Source: Leucoraja ocellata (lineage: Eukaryota). From it: DNA of 64,000 nucleotides. Below the pieces are notes generated by a model, which did no database searches, had not been told where the DNA came from, and worked only from the letters and a program-made list of their open reading frames with translations. The stretch spans positions 558,001 to 622,000 of the forward strand of contig JAWMAR010000201.1 in the NCBI GenBank assembly GCA_036785375.1, given 5' to 3'. Positions 11,805 through 24,414 of this stretch are shown in pieces. Every line of letters begins with the position of its first letter. Position 1 is the stretch's first letter. The position numbers were made by a program, and so were the translations under genes.

Positions 11805-12367
11805 CACAAAGATGGCGGCACGGCCGTGGCCTGACACATCCGACCATTGCCGAGACCGGCGGGTTGCCCCTCAACAACATGGCGCTCGCACCGCCTACTC
11901 CTGAGACATCCAACCATTGCCGAGACCGGTGGGTTGCCCCTCAACAACAGGGCGCTCTCACCGCCTACTCCTGAGACATCAAACCATTGCCGAGACCGGT
12001 GGGTTGCCCCTCAACAACAGGGCGCTCTCACCGCCTACTCCAGCGGGTTGCCCTTCAACAAGATGGCGACATTCACCTACAAACATGGCAATGAAAGCGC
12101 CCCCTCGTTGTTGGTTGCGTGCGCATTGCCCCCCAGCAAGATGGTGGCGAGTATCCACACATTGGTGGGCGTGCGACATTACGGCCATGACTATAATGGC
12201 AACCAACGGGATATTAGCCCCTCCGCCCGGTTTGTTGGAACGTCACTATAATGGTGATCGGCTGGCCCTGTCGGTTCAGTGGGGCTTGTTTACCCCTTTG
12301 CCCCGCAAGGCGGAGGGCGGATATGACGTTGGAAGAACATCCGCTGCGCGGTGAAGGTCGCAGAGCC
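11805..12367 (+). promoter_or_regulatory. Probable NDUFS2 CpG promoter with YY1-like and NRF1-like motifs
   Basis: AAGATGGCGGC near 11809, AACATGGCG near 11876, AAGATGGCG near 12060 and TGCGTGCGCA near 12116, directly upstream of the exon 1 ATG. Confidence 0.55.
11833..12080. repeat. GC-rich 70-bp tandem repeat (3 copies plus a partial copy) upstream of NDUFS2
   Basis: accattgccgagaccgg(c/t)gggttgcccctcaacaaca(t/g)ggcgctc recurs at 11843, 11913 and 11983. Confidence 0.9.
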
Positions 12368-12447
12368 ATGGTGGGAACGGCGGTGTGGCTGCTGCTCCGG
12401 CGGTGCCAGATCGTGAGGCCCTTCTTCCCGGCGGTGGTTCCCAACAG
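12368..12447 (+). CDS. NDUFS2: NDUFS2 exon 1 (mitochondrial targeting peptide)
   Basis: gccATGg Kozak context. MVGTAVWLLLRRCQIVRPFFPAVVPN is Arg-rich with no acidic residues. It ends AG|gtcagg in phase 2, which matches exon 2 (AG+G = Arg, then GAKQW). Confidence 0.75.
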
Positions 12448-12599
12448 GTCAGGCCAGTGCACCGGTCAGGCCAATGCACCGGTTCGCGATGAACTGATCA
12501 ACTGAGGACGGGTGGGATCAGTGTGCCGTTTGGGCAAACAAGGATGGAGTGGTCAGGGGTCAGTCAAAGAGGTGCATGGCCGGAGGGAGTAAGGAGAGG

Positions 12600-12720
12600 A
12601 GTGATGGGCTGGAGGGGCAGCAGTTGGGGAGGGGTGACGGACTGGAAGGGTAACTGATGGGGAGGGGTGATGGACTGGAAGGGTAACTGATGGGGAAGGG
12701 TGACGGACTGGAGGAGATGA
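12600..12720. repeat. About 33-bp purine-rich tandem repeat
   Basis: gatgggga(g/a)gggtga(c/t)ggactggaagggtaact repeated about 3 times. Confidence 0.7.
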
Positions 12721-12799
12721 CAAAGGTAGGGTTGGAAACATACTGGACCTTATACTGGAGTAGAACCTGGCCAAGTGACTGGTGTTTCAGTGGAAGAAC

Positions 12800-14990
12800 A
12801 TTTTGGAATAGCTCCATAAGTTTTTGAAATTATTATTTTGAATAAGGATAACTCTGGACCTTGGACAGGTACTAAATTGGGGTAAAGCAATTTACAACAT
12901 TATTGGGCAGGAACTGCAGTGACTAAATTGGGAGCAGTTGGGTATGTCTGTATCTGACATGGGAGTTGTTTAAAAGGCAGGTAATCAGAGTTCAGGACTG
13001 GCACATTCCAGCAAGGAGGAAGGATGAGGGTGACAAGGTGCAGGGACTTTAGATGACCAGGAGTTGTAAATTTGGTCAAAAAGCAACAGAAAGAGTATGT
13101 AAAGTTCAGAAAGGTGAAGTATATAAAGCAAGAACAAACTAACTCAAGTGGGCAACTGGAAGGACCAAAAGGGGACATGAAATGTCGTTGGCGAGTCCGA
13201 TTAAAGAAAATCCCAAGATTTCTCGGAAGTATATTAAAAACAAGAGGGGAACCAAAGAGAAGGTGGAGGTTACACAAAAAAGCTGGAGAAACTCAGCGGG
13301 TGCAGCAGCATCCATTTCCTATTTCCTATTTCCTTCGCTCCATAGATGCTGCTGCACCCGCTGAGTTTCTCCAGCTTTTTTGTGTAACCTTCGATTCTCC
13401 AGCATCTGCAGTTCCTTCTTAAACAAAGAGAAGGTGGAATTGCTCTAGTGTAATGGAGAGGATTTATGCTTTGAATTAATGCTTAGAGGATGTTGGGGAG
13501 GTACTAAATGAGTGAATCTGTGTTCATCAAGGACAAAGATATAGAGGACATTGAGTGTAAGTGAATACAAATATACTGAGTAGTTTGAGATCAAGAAGGA
13601 GATGGTTTTGGAGCATTTGCAGAAAATTGAAGTGGATAAACCCCAGGGCCTGATTGGGTCTATCCATTCTTATTAAGTGAGGAGATTGCATGGACCTTGA
13701 TAAAGACCCTTCTATCCTCTGTAACCACACGTGAGGTCCTGAAGGACTGGAGATTAGCCAATGTTCCTTTGTTTGTTTAAGAAGAAAAATAGAGATAATC
13801 CAGGAAACTACAGGCCTGTGAGCCTAATGTTACTGGTCGGTAAGCTATAGGGGAGGAATGAGGTGTGATTTACTTGTATTTGGAAGCAAATGAGCCAATT
13901 TGGAGCAGTCTGTGTATGGCTTTGTCAATAGCAGGTCGTGACCTACCAATTTGATTTGAGTTTTTTTGAGGTGACAAAGGTGATTATTGAGTATTCAGCA
14001 GTGGATGTTCTCTATATGGATTTTAGTAAGTCCCTCGTAGTAGGATGGTAAGGAAGATTAAGATCCATGGTATTTGCAATGACTAGGCCATTTGGATCCA
14101 GAACTGGTTTACTCACAAAAGACAGGATTATGGTGGAAGGGTGTCGTTCTGCCATTGTGATCAGTGGAGTTTGTGCTATATATAAATGACTTGGGCGTAA
14201 ATTCAGATGGGTTTGTTCGTAAGTTTGCATACAACACCACAATTGCTGGAGTTAGTGAATAGTTAGAAGGGCTGTCAAAGTATACAAAGGTAGTGTATAC
14301 AAGGATAGATCGTGGCGATGGTGAGGACTCTTGCTACATATTTCAGTTACAGAAATAGACGTACAACTGGCAGGTTGAAATTAATCTGAGCAAGTGTCTG
14401 GTGTTGCACTTTGGAAGATTAAATACATGGGGCAAGCATAGAGTAAGGCGCTTAACAGCATTAATGTATGGAGGATATCCTGCTGTCCATGCATAGCTCC
14501 ATGAAAGTGGCAACAGGTAAGGTGATAAAAAGGTGTATGGTATGCTTGCCTTCAATGGTCACGGTATTGAGGATAACAGCCATGAAGTCATGTGCAGATT
14601 TATAGAACTTTGGTTTGGCAGCATTTGGAATGTTTTGTGCAGTTCTGGTCACCTCGTTATAGGGAAGGCGTGGAGGTTTTGGAAAAGGTGCTGAGGAGAT
14701 TTACCAAAATGCTGCCTGGATTAGAGGGTATAAAACTCTAAGGAGAAGTGGACATGATTGGATGTTTTTTCTGGAGCATTGGTGTTTGAGGGGAAATCTG
14801 ATAGAATATAACATTCTGAGAGACGCGAGTTGGGTTAGGCATTCAGAATCCTTTTCCCTGGGTGGAAATGTCAAATACTAAATTGCATGGTTTTAAGGTG
14901 AGAGGGGCAAAGTTTAAAGGATATGTCTGCTGCCTGGGGTGGTAGTGGTTGCAGATATGAAAGTGACATTTAAGAGGCTTTTAAACAAGC
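12800..14990 (+). mobile_element. Old, highly degenerate CR1 LINE in NDUFS2 intron 1
   Basis: Collinear remnants of CR1 ORF2 (gataaaccccagggcctgat, ggaaactacaggcctgtgagccta, gtggatgttctctatatggattttagtaag). Its 3' tail resumes after 16042. Confidence 0.7.
13268..13423. mobile_element. Short Penelope-derived inverted insertion with a 15-bp target duplication
   Basis: TSD caaagagaaggtgga at 13253-13267 and 13424-13438. Inverted arms ggttacacaaaaaagctggagaaactcagcgggtgcagcagcatc and its reverse complement. Confidence 0.75.
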
Positions 14991-14999
14991 TCATGTTAG

Positions 15000-16035
15000 T
15001 AGGTATGTTACAAAACCTACCTGAAGCGTCATTGAGAATCTGTCCCAGCCCCTGTGATTTTGGTGCTGTTTAGAGGGGGCGGGTTTAAAACGCGATTTTT
15101 ACTAGGCTGTTGCAATCGAAAATGTTCAGCCTAGTAAATCATTAACGGAAAATCTCTGAAAGACCCCGTCGCAAAAGGTATTATTAGTTTTTATGGCCTT
15201 TTATAATAGTTATAGTAGTTTAAAAATCACTCTCTCAACCCGCAACCTCTCGCAGCCCCAGGGTTTTATAAAGCAAACAATTAAAGGTATGTACCTTATT
15301 TTTACATTAAAAGGGGCTTCTTAAGAACCCTGTATATAAAGTTTTCTATAGCGAATAGTTCATTTTGGGCTCTTTATATCCCGCAGTATTTTTCTGGGCA
15401 TTTGAGGGCACAAATCCACTGCAATGTGAACGTTCTAAACCAGCGCGTTCCACAGGCACCCACTAGAAAGCCGATTTTAATTGACTTTAATTTACAGCAA
15501 TTGAACACTAAATTCCTTCCATTTGGCCTATAAATTGATGTAAATGAGATTTAAAAATCATGTTTTATTGTGAATTATTTGTGAATATTATTTGGGCACT
15601 TAGGCTATTTAAAAATGTTAATCATTTATTAAGAAATGGATAGATGTTTAGATCTAGTAATTGAAGTTTGAAATTAGCTACAATTGGGTAACTAACTAAT
15701 TATATGCTTTAATTTCAGGTCCTCCAAGTAAGATTATTTTATATTTGTTTCAGAATGGTTCAATCTATGATAACTGAAAATTTCATTCAGTTCTCTTAAT
15801 TTTTAAGAAGGTTATGGGCTATTGACTGTCCTCAATCACAGCTTTTTTGTTATGTCCATAGAAAATCAATAGGGAACAAGATGCTAATTTCCGAGTATGA
15901 AAATGGCCATAACGTTTTTATTACTTGAGATATGAAAGTGAATTAGGTGTCAAATTAAACTTATTGTTATGCTTTATCTGATGGGATAAATTGCAGACTT
16001 GATTTTTTAAATCTCAAAATTTTGTAACATTACTA
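15000..16035. mobile_element. Non-autonomous DNA transposon with 16-bp imperfect TIRs and a 7-bp TSD
   Basis: Starts TAGGTATGTTACAAAA and ends TTTTGTAACATTACTA. Flanked by atgttag at 14993-14999 and 16036-16042. AT-rich, no ORF. Confidence 0.75.
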
Positions 16036-16149
16036 ATGTTAGGGCTGTTGATCATGTACAGTCAGAGCAGATTGGCTTAATTTGACATGATATTTGCCAT
16101 AGACAATGTGGACTGGGGTGCCTCTTCCTTTGCTGTATTGTTCTCTATT

Positions 16150-17600
16150 CTATGAAGGATATAGAGGCTGGATAGGGTTACAGATATTGGGAAAGGTCTG
16201 GACACTGCACAGGGTAACAGTATATCGTGTGTAGGGCTTGGAGGTAGATAACTGGAGTCTGAGAGGGGGAGGGGGGTTATTAAGATGGGAAGGTGTAGGC
16301 ACTATAGAGGTTAATAGATGGGGATGGGTGTTTGCGCTGGAGGGGATTACTGAGATATTGAGAGATGTTGGCACTGGATATGGGGGGTTAGAATAATAGA
16401 GATTTTGTAGTCTCTTAAGGGGTGTATCATCTAGAGGGGGCTAAAGAGTTCTGTGGGAGCTAAGAGGGTTACAGAGACGGACGCCAGCAGGATCTGGAGG
16501 GCTACAGTGATTGGGAGGGTGCAGTAGTGAGAAGGGGTGAAGAAGCTGGAGAGGATTATAGAGATAGGGATAGATTTAGGCTCTGAAGTGGGTTCGTTGG
16601 AGTGTTTTGGCCAGAGGAGTTTATCGAAGGAGGTGGATGGTTGTATTGCCACAGTGCTGCAGCTATCGGGCAACTGAACTGACCTCTCACCAGCTTGAGT
16701 GCAGTCCTGACCTCCCATCAGCCTCATTTGAGACCTTTAATCGGGTTTTATCATGCACTAAATGATATAACCGTTAACTTATATTTGTATTTTCATTGAC
16801 TGGATAGTACGCAATAAAAAAGCTTCACACTGCCTTGTTATACATGACAATAATAAACTAAACTATGAGGGGGTTACAAAGATGTGTAGGGACTGAAATG
16901 GGCTTGCAAAGATAGAAATCGTATTTTGGGCTGGAGTAGGTTACAGGGATTGATAGGGGAGTTGCGGCTGGAAGGTGTTGCAGATGGGTAGTGGTGTAGT
17001 AGCTAGATGGTTGATAATGATTGAGAGGGATGTAGGGGCATGCAGGATTTTACAGAAATAGAAAGGGGTGTACGGGCTAGAGGGCGTTACAGAAATAGCG
17101 AGGGGTATAGAGTCTGGAGAGGGGTTCACAAATAGGGACTTGGTATCGGTTCCAGATAGGTTCTAGTGAAGAGACTAGAGGTTATAGAGGGGGAGGGGTT
17201 AGGGAATTACATTAATTGAGGTGGGGTTTTGAGGTCTTCAGGATGCTCGAGGTTGAAAGGGGTGTAGGAACTTTGAGGGGGGTTACAAAGGTAGAGAGGG
17301 GTGTAGTGGCTTTAGTGTTTACAGAGAGAGGGATGGGTGTAGTAACAGGAAGGTTTTGTATAGGCCGTGAGAGGTGTGGTGCACAAAGGGGCTAACAGAG
17401 ACGGAGAGGTGTTTGTTGGGGCTGATGTGTTAAGAAGGTGTGTTTGTTGAGGCTGGATGGGGTTACTCATTTGGGGAGGGATGTTTGTAGGGGCCAGCTT
17501 AGGGTTGGAAGTTACCATGATGGTTGTGTAGGGTCCAGAAAGGGGTTACCAGGATGGATTGGGATATTTGGGGGGGGGGGGTGGCTGAGGATCATCTGGA
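16150..17600. repeat. Degenerate purine-rich intronic repeat (ggggttacagagat-like units)
   Basis: Strong G/A strand bias with recurring gggttacaga and gggctggagg words. Confidence 0.5.
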
Positions 17601-17677
17601 TGGGAAAGGATGTATGGCGGCAACTGAGTGAGGTGTGAACTACTGTCTTTTATCTCTCGTTTTCTGCCACTCTCTAG

Positions 17678-17784
17678 GGGTGCCAAGCAATGGCAGCCGG
17701 ACCCGGCCTGGATGGAGCAGTACGCGGGTGCTGTCATGTATCCCACAGAGATCACGGCAAAATGGAAACCCCCTCCTTGGAACG
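17678..17784 (+). CDS. NDUFS2: NDUFS2 exon 2 (complex I 49-kDa subunit N-terminus)
   Basis: [35 protein letters not shown] compared with human [35 protein letters not shown]. Pyrimidine tract + ctctag acceptor, G|gtaagc donor, 107 nt, phase 2 to phase 1. Confidence 0.95.
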
Positions 17785-18413
17785 GTAAGCGCTGCTCATC
17801 CCAGGAAGGGAGGAGTGGCTATTAATGGGGTGGGTGGTCATCATTGTGAATGAGACTGGATTAGAGGTTAAACAACTCGGTATTATCTGGATAATTACCA
17901 TCTTTGTGCAGTAGGGTAGGCCAGTGGTGATCATGTAATATGTTGAGACAATTCAGGGGAGCTTCTGGATGTAGTGTATGTGGATTTCAAGAAAGTGCTT
18001 GAAAAACTGCACATAAAAGGCTGGTGCACAAGGCAAGTGTAAAATGGAAGTGTGTTAAACATGGATTGCATGGAAGGCAGAGAATCAGAATATATGGGTC
18101 TTTTCAGGCTGGAAGGATATAAGCAGTGGACCGTCCCAAGGATCTTGGTCCTCCATAATTAACTGATTTTATTAATGACAGCAAGGAGGTTGCAGAGGGT
18201 AAGGTCTCGAAGATGGCTAATAGGTGCAAAGTATGTTATCAGGTTTTTCAGACTGAAAAAGTGTCTCGACCCAAAATGTAACCCATTCCTTTTCTCCAGA
18301 GACACTGCCTGTCCTGCTGAATTACTCCATTTTGCGTCTATCTTCGGGGTAAACTGCAGGTAGAGGGAACATGTTCAAAGAATTAGAATAGTGATTTAAG
18401 AAATAGTGTTGGA

Positions 18414-21199
18414 ATTACTAGTGAAGAAATAAAACAAATAATAAACTCATTGAAAAATGGGAAGACCCCAGGACCAGATGGCTTTAGTAATGAATTTTAT
18501 AAAAGATTTCAGGAGTCTATTGTACCAAGATTATTTAATTTATACACGCAGGCTTATATTGAAAATAAACTACCAGAAACCCTTGCAGAAGCAACAATAA
18601 CGCTTATACCAAAAAAAGATAAAGATTTAGAAGAGCCTGGTTCTTATAGAGCTATATCACTTCTAAATACGGATCAGAAAAATTTTAGCAAAGATTCTAG
18701 CTAGAAGGCTAAATAATTATATTAACAATTTAATAAATACGGATCAAACGGGATTTATACCCAAAAGACAATCATTTAATAATTTGAGAAGGCTTTTTAA
18801 TATAATGTACTCTCATAAGAAGGACAATGAAGATATCTCAGTGGTCACGTTGGATGCAGAGAAGGCATTTGATCAAGTAGAATGGCAGTATCTATACAAG
18901 GTACTCCAAAAATTTAATATGGGAGAGAATTTTATCAGATGGATTAAACTACTTTATGATAGACCTACGGCAAGAATATTAACTAACAATACGTTATCTC
19001 CAAAATTTTACTTATCAAGGGGTAATAGGCAAGGGTGTGCCTTATCACCATTGCTATTTGCCCTTATGATAGAACCGCTGGCCGAAAGGATTAGAAATCA
19101 CCCGAATATTCATGGATATAACAGCAAGGACTCAAAGAATAAAATTTCATTATACGCTGATGATATCCTTTTATATATTACTAATACACAAACGAGTATA
19201 CCCACCTTATTAACACTAATTGAGGAATTCGGCTCTTTTTCAGGATACAGAATAAATTGGAATAAAAGCGAAATTATGTCTTTAAAACCACAGGATTCGA
19301 GACACTTTAAAATTCCCCTTCAAAATTGCAACAGAAAAATTCAAGTACCTGGGTATTCAAATTACGAGAAGACACAAATCATTATTTAGTGCCAATTTTA
19401 TACCACTATTAAATAACTGAATGATACGATTAAATTTTGGAAAACGCTTCCACTCTCATTGATAGGTAGAATTAACGCTATAAAATGGACTTTCTTACCA
19501 CAATTAATATATTTGTTTCAAGCAATCCCAATATATATTCCAAAATATTTTTTCAAAAATTAGATTCCACTATCACTAATTTTATATGGGACTACAGAAC
19601 ACATAGAATTCAACGAAAGCATTTGTGCAAATCTAAAGAAGTGGGGGGTTTATCATTACCTAACTTTATATATTACTACTGGGCAGTGCATATTAAGAAC
19701 ATAATATACTGGCTAGATAGTTCCACTCAGCAGTTGGAGTGGATAAGAATGGAGAAAGAGGAGTGCTATCCGTACGATATAGGAACGATCTGCTCTCACC
19801 GATAAAATTGAATAGTATAATATATAAGAAGAACCCAATTATTCACAATATAATAAGAATTTGGAAACAAATAAAAGCATCCTTGAAATTAAATAATTTA
19901 TCAGTATTAACCCCACTATTGAACAACCCCGCATTCAAACCTTCTCTCATCGACAACACATATCAACAATGGGATAGACTGGGGATTAGGAAAGTAGGGG
20001 ACATGTATGAAGTGGGCAAACTGTTATCATTTCAACAATTAAAATTAAAATTTAAATTGAAGGATAATCAATATTTTAAATATATACAGGTATGTGACTT
20101 TATGAAGAACATACACATAGATTTCAAACTATATTTTTAGATCCTTTAGAAGAAGCAATGAATATCAAGGCGGATTCAAAAAAATTAATATCATACTTTT
20201 ATAATAATATATTAAATAGAGAATCACCCTCAACAGAAGCATTAAGGGAAGATTGGGAACAAGAGCTAATGACAAAGATCTCTAAGGATAGATGGGGAAA
20301 AATATTTGATGAATACACATAACTGTTCTATTAATGCAAGACATAATTTAATTCAATTCAAATTATTACATAGACTATATTATTCAAAAACGAGGTTGAA
20401 TAAATTTATCCAAACGTCTCTCCAGATGCGATAAATGTTTGTTTCAAAACGCTAATATAACACACTTCATTTGTTGGATGTACAAAGTTGAATAAATTTT
20501 GGAGTGATATATTTGATATATTTACAAAGATTTTCAAGTCAAGAATAGAACCCAAAACGGAATGGATTATATTTGGAATAATAGGAGAAGATACCAATTT
20601 AAATAAAGATCAAAATGTTTTTTTTAATTATGGTTAATAATTGGAAAGAAATTGATACTTAAATTTGGAAAAATACAACCACACCAACTGTTAAAATGTG
20701 GATTAGGAATATGATGGACATAGCACGCCTTGAAGAAATGAGACTCCGACTAATAGATAAATATGACCAATTCTTAAAGAGTTTGTCTCCTTTCATCGAC
20801 TTTTGGAATCATGTGATGCAGCGGTGCCGTAAGGTTTGCTGATTTCAGTTCATGACGCGGATAGAGCTACATCTCCGAATACAGATTTTGAAAAATTCTC
20901 TTTTAAGGGCCTTCTCTTCTATTTCTACTTGCCTCTTTCTCTCTTCCTTTTTTTTATTTTTTATATACACACTTCACGTTTTTCTACTCTCTACCATCTA
21001 TTTCTCCACTTTTTCCCCTTTCTATTGCTTTCTTTTTCTTGTTCTGCTTACTTCTTTCTTATAACATAAAACTAGAGGTTGTACATAGAATGGATTACGT
21101 TATTACATAGTTGGCACCTAAAATTAGGTGCCACTGTACTGTTTTGTGATGTATTAACTTCTAATAAAATAAACAAAAAAATAAAAATAAAAAAATAAA
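18414..21199 (+). mobile_element. 5'-truncated L1-clade LINE (RT to 3' end) with A-rich tail and TSD
   Basis: KTPGPDGFSNEFYK, LDAEKAFD, RQGCALSPLLF, YADD and GGLSLPN across frameshifted ORFs. AATAAA and an A-rich tail at 21163-21200. TSD aaatagtgttgga at 18401-18413 and 21200-21212, next to a TT/AAGA site. Confidence 0.92.
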
Positions 21200-21924
21200 A
21201 AATAGTGTTGGAGGGAATTATTCGAAGGAAAGATGATAAATCCTCTGGATCCAGCGACCTCCATGCCTGGATTTAAATGGTAGACATTTTCGTCATCTTC
21301 CAGAATTTCTTAGATTTCTGGACTAGCTTCCACAGGTAGAATATGTAACTCCTCTAGGGAACATAGGAGAGAGGAGACTGAACCTATTAACCTGTCACCA
21401 GGAGCAGGTAAATTCTGGAATATTACTAATGAAGTGGGAACAATACTGTACAAAGACACAAAACGCTGGGTTATCTCAGCGGGTCAGGTAGCATTTTTGG
21501 GGAACATTAATAGGTGACGTTTCTACAGACTGCTGAAGATGGGTCCCCATTGGAGATGCTGCCTGTGCTACTCCAACATTTTTTTTTTGTGAACCAGCAG
21601 CTGCAGTTCCTCGTGTCTCTGTTGAAGATAATCATTGGACTCTGCAAAGTCAATGTGGGTTTTGGAGAAAAAATCTTTTGAAGTTTTACTCTGCAGATTA
21701 AGAGAAGGCAGACCAATTGATGTGGTGTATGTGGGCTTTCAAAGCCCAGTAATGTGCTGTACAGATCATTTCACGAACTTGAACATGCAGTGTTGGGGTA
21801 ACATACTGGCCTGGACTAAGAGGATCCAGTGCAATAGCTGATAGTTCAAATCTAGGTGGCAGTGTGGACCATGAAGAGACGCCTGCAAACATACAAATTA
21901 GCCGCAAGAGGCTCTTCCAATCTG

Positions 21925-24150
21925 AACTGAAAAGCAGGACTTCTAGGGTGGTTATATCTGGGTTGCTTCCAGTACCCCGTGCTAGTGAGGGTAGGGACAG
22001 GGAGATAGGGGATCTGAACGTGTGGCTGAGGAGTTGGGGCAGGGATTTAGATTTCTAGATCACTGGCATCTCTTCTGGGGCAGGGTGACCTGTACAAAAG
22101 GGACGGGTTGCACCTTAATTGGAAGGGGACTGACATTCAGACAGGCAGGTTTGCTAGTGCTACACGAGTGGGTTTAAACTAAAAAGTAGGGGGGTGGAGT
22201 CAACAACGTGGAAGCGAATCCATGCAGCTAACGGGAAAGAGAGTGTCGGAAAGGTTGCGTTTAAACTAACGGGCAGGGGGATGGGACCAAATGCAAGGAG
22301 ACAGAGGGCCATAAAAGGAGGACAGAAGCAAAAGGTAGAAGGGAGATAGGAAAAACTAACCTGAAAGCTTTGTGCCTTAAATGAGAGGAGCATTCGAAAT
22401 AAGGTGGATGAATTGAATGCGCAGTCAGTTTTTAAGGGATATGATCTAGTTGGAATTACGGACACACGACTCCAGGGTGACCAAGGCTGGGAACTAAACA
22501 TGCAGGGTTACTAAAGAAGACACAAACAATCTCCCAGAAATACTAGAGGACTGAGGATCTAGTGGGAGGGAGGAACTGAAAGGAATCCATATTAGTCGGA
22601 AAATGGTGTTTGGTAAACTGTTAGGACTGAAGGCAGATACATCCCCAGGCCTGATGGTCTGCATCCCAGAGTACTCCAGGAGGTGGCCCTAGAAATTTGG
22701 ATTCATTGGTGATCATTTTCCAATGCTCTACTTTTTAAGAAAGGAGGGAGAGAGAAAATAGGGAATTATAGATCAGTTAGCCATACATCGGTAGTGGGGA
22801 AGATGCTGGAGTCGATTATTGAAGATGTTATAGCAGCGCATTTGGAAAGCAGTGATGGGAGTCGGTCAAAGTCAGCATGGATTTATGAAGAGGCTATCAT
22901 GCTTGACTATCTTTTGGAATTTTTTGAGGATGTAAACAAGTAAAATGGATAAGGGAGAGTCAGTGGATGTGGTGTATCTGGACTTTCAAAGAGCCATTGA
23001 CAAGGTCCCACACAGGAGATTAGTGTGTAAATTAGAGCACATGGTATGGGGTAGGGTATTGACGTGAATAGTGGACTGGTTGGCAGATAGGAGGCAAAGA
23101 GTAGGAATTAACTTTTCAGAATGGCAGGCAGTGACCAGTGGGGTGCCGCTAGGCTCAGTACTGGAACCCCAGTTGTTTACAATGATTTAGACGAGGAAAT
23201 TAAATGTAACATCTCTAGGTTTGCGGATGACACAAAGCTGGGTGGCAGTGTGAGCTGCGAGGAGGATGCTGTGAGGTTGCAGGGTGACTTGGATAGGATG
23301 GGTGAGTTAGCAGAAGCATGACAGATGCAGTATAATGTGGATAAATGTGAGGTTATCTACTTTAGTGGCAAGAACAGGAAGGCAGATTATTATCGGAATG
23401 GTGTCAGATTCAGAGAAGGGAAGGTGCAAGGAGGCTTGGGTGTGCTTGTACATCAGTCACGTCAAGCATGCAGGTACAGCAGGCAGTGAAGAAAGCTAAT
23501 GGCATGTTGGCCTTGATTGCGGGAGGATTTGAGTTTAGGAGCAAAGAGGTCCTACTGCAGCCTCACAGGGCCCTGGTGAGACTGCACCTGGAGTATTGTG
23601 TGCAATTTTGGTCTCCTAATTTGAGAAAGGACATTATTGCTATTGAGGGAGTGCAGCATAGGTTCACAAGGTTAATTCCCGGGATGGCGGGACTGACATA
23701 TGATGAAATAATGGGTCGACTGGGCTTGTATTCGCTGGAATTTAGATGAGAGGGATCTCATAGCAACATATAAAATTCTTAAGTGATTGGACATGAACAA
23801 ATGTTCCTGATGTTGGGGGGGGGGGTCCAGAACCAGGGGTCACAGTTTAAGAATAAGGGTAGACCATTTAGGACTGAGATGAGGAAAAACTTTTTCACCC
23901 AGATAGTTGTGAATCTGTGGAATTCTCTGCCACAGAAGGCAGTGGAGGCCAATACACTCGATGGTTTAAGAGAGAGAGAGAGTTAGATTTAGCTCTTGGG
24001 GCTAAAGGAATCAAGGGATATGGGGGGGGGGGGGGGGAAGCCAGATCAGGATACTGATTTTGGATGATCAGTCATGATCATAATGATTAGCAGTACTCGC
24101 TCGAAGAGCCGAATGGCCTACTCCTGCATCTATTTTCTATGTTTCTATCC
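21925..24150 (+). mobile_element. Degenerate CR1 LINE (ORF1 end, deleted ORF2, 3' tail)
   Basis: ORF1 remnant RTSRVVISGLLPVPRASE, RT remnant FADDTKLGG, and a ttctatgtttctat tail. Confidence 0.85.
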
Positions 24151-24213
24151 AGGTGTGTAATAGAATCTGGGAGTGAGTGGATAGGAATGCCCAATTAATG
24201 TATGATTAGTCTA

Positions 24214-24414
24214 AAGGGCCTGTCCGTCTTCGTGATTTTTTTCGGCGACTGCCGGCGTCATTGACTGACGTATCAGGTCACCGAAAAATCTGCGGCATGA
24301 TGACGTACGACGCGCTGTGTTTTTTCAAGTGTCACAACATTTTTCTTGTCGCCGCTGGAATTTGAAATGACGCCGGCAGTCGCCAAAAAAAATCGCCAAG
24401 TGTGTCAGGCCCTT
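24214..24414. mobile_element. MITE with long imperfect TIRs
   Basis: AAGGGCCTG...CAGGCCCTT termini and inner arms ggcgactgccggcgtcatt / aatgacgccggcagtcgcc. Flanked by TA on the left and GA on the right. Confidence 0.7.

Noticed and set aside
11833-12080. Regular repeats that might suggest a CRISPR-like array or a repeat protein
   Set aside because: There are no unique spacers, the 70-bp period is not a multiple of 3, and the context is vertebrate. It is an ordinary VNTR.
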